Positions 1 through 7,679 of a stretch of 13,400 nucleotides of DNA are shown piece after piece (position 1 is the first letter of the stretch; the number at the start of each line of letters is the position of its first letter). Both the position numbers and the translations under genes were made by a program. Source of the DNA: a virus; the UHGV virus genome UHGV-0365817; one strand, written 5' to 3'. The notes under the pieces are model-generated. The model had not been told where the DNA came from. It ran no database searches and saw nothing but the letters and a program-made list of their open reading frames with translations.

Positions 1-28
1 AATCCCTACCCGAAATAATACTTATTAG

Positions 29-55
29 AAAAAAACCAGCCTTTGGGGAGGCTGG
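29..55 (-). terminator. Rho-independent terminator, candidate late terminator tR' downstream of Q
   Basis: 7-bp inverted repeat ccagcct/aggctgg (36..42 and 49..55) with a 6-nt loop, followed on the minus strand by a 7-T run (29..35). It lies about 100 nt beyond the Q stop, where the Q-dependent terminator is expected. Confidence 0.55.
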
Positions 56-155
56 CTAAATCAGGAAACAAGCTGTTATATGATAATAACTACGTTGCGA
101 TTCCAACATTTAAAATGTTAGACTAATGACAATCAGACAGCAACTTTTCCTTTAA
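56..155 (-). promoter_or_regulatory. Candidate late promoter pR' / Q-utilisation (qut) region
   Basis: Placed by position only, between the Q stop and the downstream terminator. Only weak -35/-10-like hexamers (TTGCTG ... TAACAT on the minus strand) were seen. Confidence 0.3.
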
Positions 156-533
156 TTATTTCGAACAATCAGCATCCATCTCCAATCGGAGATCCAACAC
201 CATCAGCATACCCTCCACTACGCCCTCAGCTTTCTGAAGCATCCTGCCAACCCAACAATCAGATCGCCCATGCTTACGTGCAAGCGCCATAAAAGTCATG
301 CCGCCGACATAATAGTCCACCAATAAATCATGCAAATCGCTGTTGTTCTTTTTCAGACGGGCCATGCACCCGCAAATGATCATCGCGTCATCGTCACAAC
401 ATTGTGGGCGAGATTTTACTTTTGAAGGAATTAATCCCTTAAAACCGGCGGCAATGGACGACCAGGTCACATCTTCATGATTATTAGCCGCCCACGCTCC
501 CCAACGCTCAAGAACCATCTGAATATCACGCAT
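156..533 (-). CDS. Q: Late-gene antitermination protein Q, phage-82/DLP12 QuuD type (not the lambda Q family)
   Basis: ORF 156..548; translation ([22 protein letters not shown]...[12 protein letters not shown]...) recognised as the short Q family of phage 82 and E. coli DLP12. The track start at 548 is TTG; the ATG at 533 has a GGAG Shine-Dalgarno 7-8 nt upstream. Confidence 0.8.
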   Translation of the reverse strand: MRDIQMVLERWGAWAANNHEDVTWSSIAAGFKGLIPSKVKSRPQCCDDDAMIICGCMARLKKNNSDLHDLLVDYYVGGMTFMALARKHGRSDCWVGRMLQKAEGVVEGMLMVLDLRLEMDADCSK

Positions 534-618
534 CAACTTACTCCACAAAACTCAGACCAGAACGCCAATTACAAGCAAAAATCAACAAAACAGTATTAGT
601 TGATTGTTATCTCTGACT

Positions 619-759
619 TCATACTCCTGCTCCTGTCAGTGTTTTGGCGTAATTCTTCAGTATTCGGTAATCGGTCAAAACAGAACCGGGGAAACGATAT
701 AAGCGCAGACGCCCCCAGCGGTGGCGAAGAAGTTCTGCCATATTAAACTCAAACATCAT
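619..759 (-). CDS. ylcG: Small YlcG-like protein (46 aa), translationally coupled to rusA
   Basis: 46-codon ORF ([25 protein letters not shown]...) absent from the track because it is under 60 aa. Its ATG overlaps the rusA stop in an ATGA arrangement, and rusA-ylcG-Q is the order I recall in DLP12. Confidence 0.5.
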   Translation of the reverse strand: MMFEFNMAELLRHRWGRLRLYRFPGSVLTDYRILKNYAKTLTGAGV

Positions 760-1118
760 TCATTCCCCATTTCGGTGATGGTCAGTTCCAGCCTCCCACC
801 TTTGGTAACAGGCATCTTCACAACGCGGTAATCAACGACCTGAGCATCATCCAGCCAGAAACCTGCTTTAGTGAGTGCGTCAAAAGCGGCTTTTTGCAGA
901 TTATCCAGGTCACGGCGACGGCGATCCGGCATGTGGCACTCAATGCGGATTTTCACAGGCATAGCCAGGCCGATATCTAGCATTGCGTTTTTAATGATTC
1001 GGGCGACGTTATCGCGGTATGCCTGCCCCTCTGCGCTGATGTGCGTGCGTCCGCGATTATGGCGGTAATAGCGATTATTGCTCGGAGGCCAGGGTAATGT
1101 GATGCTGTAGGTATTCAC
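756..1118 (-). CDS. rusA: Crossover junction endodeoxyribonuclease RusA (Holliday junction resolvase)
   Basis: 120-aa ORF whose translation ([24 protein letters not shown]...[13 protein letters not shown]...) I recognise as RusA. The start codon is GTG, preceded by a GAGGGGG Shine-Dalgarno. Confidence 0.9.
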   Translation of the reverse strand: MNTYSITLPWPPSNNRYYRHNRGRTHISAEGQAYRDNVARIIKNAMLDIGLAMPVKIRIECHMPDRRRRDLDNLQKAAFDALTKAGFWLDDAQVVDYRVVKMPVTKGGRLELTITEMGNE

Positions 1119-1324
1119 GCCTTAATAACCCCCTCTTTCAGCCAGATAACCTGTGTTCTCGCCATACCTTCCAGCGCGCATTCTTTTGCATATGCAGCAT
1201 CGACTTGCTTGGCATGCCCTTTACCGGCAATCTTCTGTATGCGCTAAACCTAGATAGAATCCACTCTGTGCACATTGAAGCCCGCTCTATGCTTCCTTTC
1301 AGGTATTGAAGGGATTGAGATGGG

Positions 1325-1672
1325 CTAAGCATTATTGGCCTCCTGCATCAGGAGAAAGACAATCATGGCGGCGCGGAGAGGTCTGGTATCAAATATTGGG
1401 CTTACGCCTTTTGCATCCACACACCATTCAGTTAACTGGTCTAAGATAGAAACCCTGTATTTCTCAATAATCGGCCATGAAGCGCTCGGATCATTGCAGT
1501 AGTCAGGCAAATGATTTAATGGCTCAAAAGTTGTATCAGCATTTCCGTAATACCATTTGTTGGTGTTATTCCCTGATGTTTCCGGTTTACTTGCCCAAAG
1601 GCCTTTAAAAATTATGTCTCCTACCATTCTGTTAATTTCAAAATCACTTAACTGTGAATAATCCATTGTCAT
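1325..1672 (-). CDS. Conserved nin-region hypothetical protein (about 115 aa)
   Basis: ORF 1325..1708; the internal ATG at 1672 overlaps the ninE stop (ATGA), so 1672 is the likelier start. No family recognised from sequence. Confidence 0.55.
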   Translation of the reverse strand: MTMDYSQLSDFEINRMVGDIIFKGLWASKPETSGNNTNKWYYGNADTTFEPLNHLPDYCNDPSASWPIIEKYRVSILDQLTEWCVDAKGVSPIFDTRPLRAAMIVFLLMQEANNA

Positions 1673-1845
1673 TTCCTCGCACGATATCTTAGCCACCGGA
1701 TATCCCACAGGTGAGCTGTGTAATTGAAGGTTTTTACGTCAGATTCTTTTGGGATTGGCTTGCGTTTATTTCTGGAGCGTTTCGTTGGAAGGTATTTGCA
1801 GTTTTCGCAGATGATGTCGGTGAAACTTCGTCGCTGTCGCCTCAT
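1669..1845 (-). CDS. ninE: NinE-like small protein (58 aa)
   Basis: The internal Met of track ORF 1669..1935 gives [58 protein letters not shown], which resembles lambda NinE as I recall it. Its ATG overlaps the dam stop (ATGA). Confidence 0.65.
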   Translation of the reverse strand: MRRQRRSFTDIICENCKYLPTKRSRNKRKPIPKESDVKTFNYTAHLWDIRWLRYRARK

Positions 1846-2369
1846 GCCGCCCTCCTGACGCCCTGCCCGATCGCCATCAATGCCGCTTTGGATACGGTAG
1901 TAAACATCCGTCGAGGACTGATGAACGGTCGCCAAATCAGCAGCATGGAGCCTTTGCTGTTTCCCTTCTTCTCCAGCCCTGTCGATGGTTCGATAAAATT
2001 AATCCGTCCATCAGTGATAATGCGAACTTCGTCGACACTCTCCAGAGCCTTGCTGAACCATCCGACTGACATATCCTCTGGCACAAGCATAACTACCGTC
2101 TGTCGCTGTTGTATGCACTGCTCAGCAGCTTTTTCCACCCACGGCCTGATATTGCTGTACGGTGGGTTATTCCAGATTGCACCGTGGCTTACCCACTCAG
2201 AATTGAGCGCGTCGTCGGCCTCAGTTAGCCAGTGAGCACACAGAGCATTTTTGTCGCTCGCTGCCGAATCCAGCCAGAATCCAAACTCAATATCCAGTGC
2301 ATCAAAAAGCCAAAGCGGCGTTTGCCAGCAGTCCTTGTCGTGTGCTGGCGTATTTGATTTGATAGTCAT
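1842..2369 (-). CDS. dam: Phage DNA N6-adenine methyltransferase (Dam-like orphan methylase)
   Basis: ORF 1842..2429 contains the NPPY catalytic motif (...[18 protein letters not shown]...) typical of N6-adenine MTases. Start set at the Met of [19 protein letters not shown] (2369), which overlaps the ninB stop (ATGA). Confidence 0.85.
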   Translation of the reverse strand: MTIKSNTPAHDKDCWQTPLWLFDALDIEFGFWLDSAASDKNALCAHWLTEADDALNSEWVSHGAIWNNPPYSNIRPWVEKAAEQCIQQRQTVVMLVPEDMSVGWFSKALESVDEVRIITDGRINFIEPSTGLEKKGNSKGSMLLIWRPFISPRRMFTTVSKAALMAIGQGVRRAA

Positions 2370-2806
2370 GCAGCCCGATCTCCCCATCTCGCTTTCCACT
2401 CCAGAGCCAGTCTCGCTTCGTCTGACCACTTAACGCCACGCTCTGTACCGAATGCCTGTATAAGCTCTAATAGCTCCGCAAATTCGCCTACACGCATCCT
2501 GCTGGTTGACTGGCCTATTACCACAAAGCCATTCCCGGCAAGGTTAGGAACAACATCCTGCTGCTTTAATGCTGCGGTAAACACACACTTCCAGCTTTCT
2601 GCATCCAGCCAGCGACCATGCCATTCAACCTGACGAGAGACGTCACCTAAGCAGGCCCATAGCTTCCTGTTTTGGTCTAAGCTGCGGTTGCGTTCCTGAA
2701 TGGTTACTACGATTGGTTTGGTTGGGTCTGGAAGGATTTGCTGTACTGCGTGAATAGCGTTTTGCTGATGTGCTGGAGATCGAATTTCAAAGGTTAGTTT
2801 TTTCAT
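2366..2806 (-). CDS. ninB: Recombination protein NinB (Orf family)
   Basis: Translation from MKKLTFEIRSPAHQQNAIHAVQQILPDPTKPIVVTIQERNRSLDQNRKLWACLGDV... matches lambda NinB as remembered. The ATG at 2806 has a GGAGAGGGAAG Shine-Dalgarno. Confidence 0.9.
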   Translation of the reverse strand: MKKLTFEIRSPAHQQNAIHAVQQILPDPTKPIVVTIQERNRSLDQNRKLWACLGDVSRQVEWHGRWLDAESWKCVFTAALKQQDVVPNLAGNGFVVIGQSTSRMRVGEFAELLELIQAFGTERGVKWSDEARLALEWKARWGDRAA

Positions 2807-2822
2807 GACTTCCCTCTCCCCC

Positions 2823-2854
2823 AAATAAAAAGGCCTGCGATTACCAGCAGGCCT
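2823..2854 (-). terminator. Rho-independent terminator between ren and ninB (tR2 position)
   Basis: 7-8 bp inverted repeat (a)ggcctgc / gcaggcc(t) with an 8-nt loop, followed on the minus strand by TTTTATTT. Its position matches lambda tR2 upstream of the nin region. Confidence 0.6.
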
Positions 2855-2879
2855 GTTATTAGCTCAGTAATGTAGATGG

Positions 2880-3170
2880 TCATCTTTTAACTCCATATAC
2901 CGCCAATACCCGTTTCATCGCGGCACTCTGGCGACACTCCTTAAAAACCAGGTTCGTGCTCATCTTTCCTTCCCGTTCTTCCCTGGTAGCAAACCGGTAA
3001 TACACCGTTCGCCAGACCTTACCTTCGATAACCAGAAGACCTGCCCGTGCCATTTTAGCCGCGGCCTGATTTATGCTGGTTACTGTTGCGCCTGTTAGCG
3101 CGGCAACGTCCGGCGCACAGAAGCTATTATGCGTCCTCAGGTAATGAATAATTGCCTCTTTGCCCGTCAT
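2880..3170 (-). CDS. ren: Ren protein
   Basis: 96-aa ORF (MTGKEAIIHYLRTHNSFCAPDVAALTGATVTSINQAAAKMARAGLLVIEGKVWRTVYYRF...) recognised as lambda Ren. Its start overlaps the P stop. Confidence 0.9.
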   Translation of the reverse strand: MTGKEAIIHYLRTHNSFCAPDVAALTGATVTSINQAAAKMARAGLLVIEGKVWRTVYYRFATREEREGKMSTNLVFKECRQSAAMKRVLAVYGVKR

Positions 3171-3868
3171 ACACTTGCTCCTTTCAGTCCGAACTTAGCT
3201 TTGATTTCTGCGATCTTCGCCAGAGCCTGTGCACGATTTAGAGGTCTACCGCCCATGACAGGAAGTTGTTTTACTGGTTCAGGGATCGCCTCACCACGGT
3301 TAATTCTCGCAGTCATATGGACAAGCTCATCTGCGGCCTTACGGCGTAATTCCGCATCAGTAAGCGCATTGGCCCGCATGTTCTGATACAGGTTGGTAAT
3401 CAGCCAGTAGTGCGCGTTTGATTTCCACGGATAAGACTCCGCATCCGGATACAGGCCTCGCTTCCGGCAATACTCGTAAACCATATCAACCAGCTCGCTG
3501 ACGTTTGGCAGTCCGGCGGTAACGGATGCTTCTTCCCGGCACCATGCAACAAACTGCCCGGGTGATGGCAGAAATGGTCGATTCTGCCGACGGGCTACGC
3601 GCATTCCTGCGTTAACCTGTTCCATCGTGGTGATCCCGTTTTCCCGAAAAGCCAGAACCCACTGGCGACGGATTTCGTTCACTTCGTTCTGGTCACGGTT
3701 AGCCAGGCTCGCAGGGAAAGTTGCCAGTAACTGGCTGAACACACCGTTGATGATCTGCGCTACCTGCTGTACCTGCGGCTTTTCGTCGTACTGTTCCGGC
3801 ATGTTGTTGGCGATCCGACGCATCTGCTCACGGTCAAAGTTAACCATCTGTGCGGCGATGTTTTTCAT
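3167..3868 (-). CDS. P: Replication protein P (DnaB helicase loader)
   Basis: 233-aa ORF with translation recognised as lambda P (MKNIAAQMVNFDREQMRRIANNMPEQYDEKPQVQQVAQIINGVFSQLLATFPASLANRDQ...). Its start overlaps the O stop (ATGA). Confidence 0.95.
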   Translation of the reverse strand: MKNIAAQMVNFDREQMRRIANNMPEQYDEKPQVQQVAQIINGVFSQLLATFPASLANRDQNEVNEIRRQWVLAFRENGITTMEQVNAGMRVARRQNRPFLPSPGQFVAWCREEASVTAGLPNVSELVDMVYEYCRKRGLYPDAESYPWKSNAHYWLITNLYQNMRANALTDAELRRKAADELVHMTARINRGEAIPEPVKQLPVMGGRPLNRAQALAKIAEIKAKFGLKGASV

Positions 3869-4764
3869 AGATCCACCCCGTAAATCCAGTCTGTGTTTGT
3901 CAGGTCGAGTTTTGGTTTGCTGGCTGTCACGCCTGCCTGTTGCTTGTTACGGTTGATTTCGAGTTGGGTCCACTTATCGCGGAGTTTGGCCGGGCTCAGC
4001 ACGTTACCGGACCAGAAGTTGTCCTGGCATGCCCAGCGGAACAGCACGCACATGTCGCGGTGGTTACGTCCGTCACGTTCACGCATCAGGCGGATATCGT
4101 TAGCCCACCCAGCAAAATTCGGTTTTCTGGCTGATGGTGCGATAGTCTTCACCATGTCAAACATCCACTCTGCGGCGGTCAGGTCTTCTGCTGTCCCCCA
4201 CTTGCTGCCGCTCTGAATTGCAGCATCCGGTTTCACCACAGAAAGGTCGTTTTCTGGCTGGTCAGAGGATTCGCCAGAATTCTCTGACGAATAATCTTTT
4301 CTTTTTTCTTTTGTAATAGTGTCTTTTGTGTCCCCCTGTTTTGAGGGATAGCAATCCCCCAATTTGAGGGATGTTTTATCCCTCGTTTTAGGGGATTTTC
4401 CCTCGTTTTGAGGGATGCACCATTCTGAGATGTTTTTATTTGGTCCAAACATGCCGCCTTGCTGCTTGATAATATTCATTCTGACGAGTTCTAACTTGGC
4501 TTCATTGCACCGTTTGACGGGTAACTTTGTAATCTCGCTAAGTTGAGAATCGGTGATTCTGTCCATTGGTTTATTCCACCCATAGGTTTTACGCAGAATG
4601 GCAAGCAGCACTTTAAACTGTCGCTTGGTCAGATCTGCGCCCGAATAAGCCTCAAGCAGCATATTTGATAGTCTGGCGTAACCATCATCGAGATCTGCCA
4701 CATTACGCTCCTGTCCGGCAAAGTTACCTCTGCCGAAGTTGAGTATTTTTGCTGTATTTGTCAT
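3865..4764 (-). CDS. O: Replication initiator protein O
   Basis: 299-aa ORF with translation recognised as lambda O (MTNTAKILNFGRGNFAGQERNVADLDDGYARLSNMLLEAYSGADLTKRQFKVLLAILRKTYGW...). The ori iterons are embedded in the coding sequence. Confidence 0.95.
   Translation of the reverse strand: MTNTAKILNFGRGNFAGQERNVADLDDGYARLSNMLLEAYSGADLTKRQFKVLLAILRKTYGWNKPMDRITDSQLSEITKLPVKRCNEAKLELVRMNIIKQQGGMFGPNKNISEWCIPQNEGKSPKTRDKTSLKLGDCYPSKQGDTKDTITKEKRKDYSSENSGESSDQPENDLSVVKPDAAIQSGSKWGTAEDLTAAEWMFDMVKTIAPSARKPNFAGWANDIRLMRERDGRNHRDMCVLFRWACQDNFWSGNVLSPAKLRDKWTQLEINRNKQQAGVTASKPKLDLTNTDWIYGVDL
4290..4416. other. Origin of replication (ori-lambda type): four iterons plus adjacent AT-rich region
   Basis: Four about 19-bp dyad-symmetric iterons of the form tccc(c/t)c...ttttgagggat at 4331..4350, 4354..4372, 4378..4396 and 4399..4416, next to an AT-rich stretch (about 4290..4325). 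This is the arrangement known for ori-lambda inside O. Confidence 0.85.
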
Positions 4765-4767
4765 AAT
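4739..4767 (+). promoter_or_regulatory. pO promoter for oop RNA
   Basis: TTGAGT (-35, 4739..4744), 17-bp spacer, CATAAT (-10, 4762..4767), 7 bp upstream of the oop 5' end. Antisense to the O start and cII 3' end. Confidence 0.55.
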
Positions 4768-4774
4768 GACTCCT

Positions 4775-4851
4775 GTTGATAGATCCAGTAATGACCTCAG
4801 AACTCCATCTGGATTTGTTCAGAACGCTCGATTGCCGCCGGGCGTTTTTTA
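4775..4851 (+). ncRNA. oop: oop antisense RNA with its terminator (lambda t0/to)
   Basis: Sequence gttgatagatccagtaatgacctcagaactccatctggatttgttcagaacgctcgattgccgccgggcgttttttatt is nearly identical to the lambda oop/t0 sequence I know. It ends in a GC-rich stem plus T6 and is antisense to the 3' end of cII. Confidence 0.65.
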
Positions 4852-5090
4852 TTGGTGAGAATCGCAGCAACTTGTCGCGCCAATCGAGCCATGTCGTCGT
4901 CAACGACCCCCCATTCAAGAACAGCAAGCAGCATTGAGAACTTGGGAATCCAGTCTCTCTTCCACCTGCTGATCTGCGACTTATCAACTCCCACAGCTTC
5001 CGCTGTCTTCTCAGTTCCAAGCATTGCGATTTTGTTAAGCAACGCACTCTCGATTCGTAGTGCCTCGTTGCGTTTGTTTGCACGAACCAT
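4797..5090 (-). CDS. cII: Transcriptional activator CII
   Basis: Translation from the ATG at 5090 (MVRANKRNEALRIESALLNKIAMLGTEKTAEAVGVDKSQISRWKRDWIPKFSMLLAVLEWGV...) matches lambda CII. The track ORF carries a 20-codon upstream extension that is not part of CII. Confidence 0.95.
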   Translation of the reverse strand: MVRANKRNEALRIESALLNKIAMLGTEKTAEAVGVDKSQISRWKRDWIPKFSMLLAVLEWGVVDDDMARLARQVAAILTNKKRPAAIERSEQIQMEF

Positions 5091-5100
5091 ATGTAAGTAT
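5068..5100 (+). promoter_or_regulatory. pRE promoter region with CII-binding TTGC-N6-TTGC repeat
   Basis: TTGCGTTTGTTTGC at 5068..5081 on the plus strand (antisense to the cII 5' end), with AAGTAT-like -10 downstream. This matches the known CII-activated pRE architecture. Confidence 0.6.
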
Positions 5101-5169
5101 TTCCTTAGATAACAATTGATTGAATGTATGCAAATAAATGCATACACCATAGGTGTGGCTTAATTGGAT

Positions 5170-5201
5170 GCCCTTTTTCAGGGCTGTGATGTGTAAGAGC
5201 G
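5170..5201 (-). promoter_or_regulatory. nutR (boxA + boxB) N-utilisation site
   Basis: On the minus strand, boxA CGCTCTTA (5201..5194) is followed by boxB hairpin GCCCTGAAAAAGGGC (5184..5170), immediately downstream of the cro stop. Confidence 0.8.
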
Positions 5202-5208
5202 GTGTTAT

Positions 5209-5418
<210 letters not shown>

Positions 5419-5433
5419 TTAGTACATGCAATT

Positions 5434-5503
5434 ATTATCACCGCTAGAGGTAAAACAGTCAACACGCACGGTGTTAGATATTTATCCCTTGCGGTGATAG
5501 ATT
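5434..5503. promoter_or_regulatory. Right operator OR1-OR2-OR3 with divergent promoters pR (towards cro) and pRM (towards cI)
   Basis: Three 17-bp operator sites: OR1 5436..5452, OR2 5460..5476, OR3 5483..5499. pR on the minus strand has -35 TTGACT (5462..5457) and -10 GATAAT (5439..5434). pRM on the plus strand has -35 TAGATA (5475..5480) and -10 TAGATT (5498..5503), with the cI ATG at 5510 (leaderless). Confidence 0.9.
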
Positions 5504-5506
5504 TAA

Positions 5507-6223
<717 letters not shown>

Positions 6224-6341
6224 CCACAATACAACCTTGTTGTCGCAAAAAGATCGCATATGCGATTGTTTATTAGAAATAGAAATCGCCATATAGGCGA
6301 ATAGTCGATCTCAGCGCATAACATAAGGAAATCAATAACAT

Positions 6342-7247
6342 ATGCCAAATTTACCGATGGGCGGATCGCAGGGTGAATTACCCTTAGTACCTACAGTAGA
6401 AGTTGTTGCTGATGGCATTCCTATGGGGGTGCTTAATGATGGAACCCCTTATCTAACTCTTTACGGTTTAGCCAAATTATGTGGCATAGATGAAGCACCT
6501 CTTCGAATGTTTACATCTAACTGGGAGACTGAAAAAAATAAGCCAAGAGGACAAAAAGTAGCTGCATACTTAGCTGAGAAAGGATTTAACAACGTTGACC
6601 GACTGTATACCCGCGTCATAAATAGCTCAAACGTTGAAACACATGCTTATCCTGACTATGTTTGTATGGCTATCCTCCGTTACTACGCTCTAGATGCCAC
6701 CAATTTTGATAGGTCAGTCGCAATAGGTAATTTTGTTCGCTTGGCTGAGTACACGCTTAAGCGAATGATTTATGAAAAGTCAAATTACAACCCAAATGCT
6801 TCAATAGATATCTCATTCGAGAACTATAGAGCAAGGATTAAGCTAAACGATCAGATACCGACAACTCATTTTGCAGTATTCAGAGAGATAGCTGACATTG
6901 CCATGAACCTGATCGGAGGAGGATTCCCAATGGATGACACCACATCTTTGGATGGAAGTGTTGGAATTCACTGGGGAAAGTATTGGACAGCTAATGGGCT
7001 ATCTGAGAAATTCGGGGAAAGGGTGCAGTACCCACATCTATTCCCCGAAAATTACAGGCAGTCAGCTGCAAATAAGCATATAACAGCTTGGATTTATCCT
7101 ATTGAGGCACTTGGCGTGTTCAGAAAATGGCTACACGATAATTACGCAATGGAAAAACTGCCAAATTACCTTGGGAACAAAAAGATTAGTAATGCCTCCG
7201 AGCTATTAGAGTCGATAAAAAAACCAGCACTCCCAAATAAGCATTGA
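6342..7247 (+). CDS. Hypothetical 301-aa protein in the rexAB slot; candidate phage-exclusion / abortive-infection protein with a possible KilA-N/Bro-N-like N-terminus
   Basis: Long ORF with an ATG at 6342 preceded by AAGGAA. It is not RexA or RexB by sequence. It looks more AT-rich by eye than the flanking cI and N genes. The N-terminal segment (...DGTPYLTLYGLAKLCGIDEAPL...) resembles the conserved core of KilA-N/Bro-N DNA-binding domains. It is followed by its own terminator. Confidence 0.8.
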   Translation: MPNLPMGGSQGELPLVPTVEVVADGIPMGVLNDGTPYLTLYGLAKLCGIDEAPLRMFTSNWETEKNKPRGQKVAAYLAEKGFNNVDRLYTRVINSSNVETHAYPDYVCMAILRYYALDATNFDRSVAIGNFVRLAEYTLKRMIYEKSNYNPNASIDISFENYRARIKLNDQIPTTHFAVFREIADIAMNLIGGGFPMDDTTSLDGSVGIHWGKYWTANGLSEKFGERVQYPHLFPENYRQSAANKHITAWIYPIEALGVFRKWLHDNYAMEKLPNYLGNKKISNASELLESIKKPALPNKH

Positions 7248-7258
7248 TCTCCACCACA

Positions 7259-7285
7259 ACCCGGCATCTGCGCCGGGTTTTCTTT
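7259..7285 (+). terminator. Rho-independent terminator after the immunity-region cargo gene
   Basis: Inverted repeat acccggc / gccgggt (7259..7265 and 7272..7278) with loop atctgc, followed by TTTTCTTT, 12 bp after the stop of ORF 6342..7247. Confidence 0.65.
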
Positions 7286-7425
7286 GCCTAACGCCCCCAA
7301 AAAACACATAACCAATTGTATTTATTTTAAAATTAATAGATACAACTCGCTAAACATCGCAATTCAGATCTCTCGATCACCTTCCCAATCCACACAACCC
7401 TGCAAAAAATAAATCTATATAAAAA

Positions 7426-7495
7426 ACATACAGATAACCATCTGCGGTGATAAATTATCTCTGGCGGTGTTGACACAGATACCACTGGCGGTGAT
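7426..7495 (+). promoter_or_regulatory. Left operator OL3-OL2-OL1 and pL promoter
   Basis: OL3 aaccatctgcggtgata (7426..7442), OL2 tatctctggcggtgttg (7446..7462), OL1 taccactggcggtgata (7470..7486). pL has -35 TTGACA (7460..7465) and -10 GATACT (7483..7488), with a start site near 7495. Confidence 0.9.
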
Positions 7496-7538
7496 ACTAA
7501 GCGCATCAGCAGGACGCACTAACCACCATTGAAGGTGA

Positions 7539-7569
7539 GGCTCTTAAAAATTTAGCCCTGAAGAAGGGC
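7539..7569 (+). promoter_or_regulatory. nutL (boxA + boxB)
   Basis: boxA-like GGCTCTTAA (7539..7547) followed by boxB hairpin GCCCTGAAGAAGGGC (7555..7569), between pL and N. Confidence 0.75.
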
Positions 7570-7679
7570 AGCATTCAAAGCAGAAAGCTTTGAGTAGCGC
7601 GAAATGCAGCTGCAAGACAGCAACCGTGGGGATAAGCATCACGGCGCGTTACTCAAAGCTAACTGACAGGAGAATCCAG

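Noticed and set aside
871-1068. 65-aa plus-strand ORF
   Set aside because: Lies entirely antisense within rusA and is Arg/Ser-rich with low complexity; a typical shadow ORF.
1138-1332. 64-aa minus-strand ORF in the rusA-upstream gap
   Set aside because: Composition (many R/K/W/S) and absence of a Shine-Dalgarno are unconvincing. Kept only as part of the gap observation.
1711-2235. 174-aa plus-strand ORF
   Set aside because: Antisense to the Dam methyltransferase and ninE genes, which have strong motif and coupling evidence; no ribosome-binding site or recognisable domain.
3893-4216. 107-aa and 64-aa plus-strand ORFs inside O
   Set aside because: Antisense to the well-supported O gene and ori iterons; shadow ORFs.
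4296-4416. Ori iteron cluster as a possible CRISPR-like or novel repeat array
   Set aside because: The repeats are the four dyad-symmetric O-binding iterons with an adjacent AT-rich region, embedded in the O coding sequence: the known ori-lambda architecture.
7590-7679. In-frame upstream extension of N (track ORF 7590..8003)
   Set aside because: N homology begins at MDAQ (7680), which has its own AGGAGA Shine-Dalgarno. The upstream ATG lies in the leader and is probably not the functional start.
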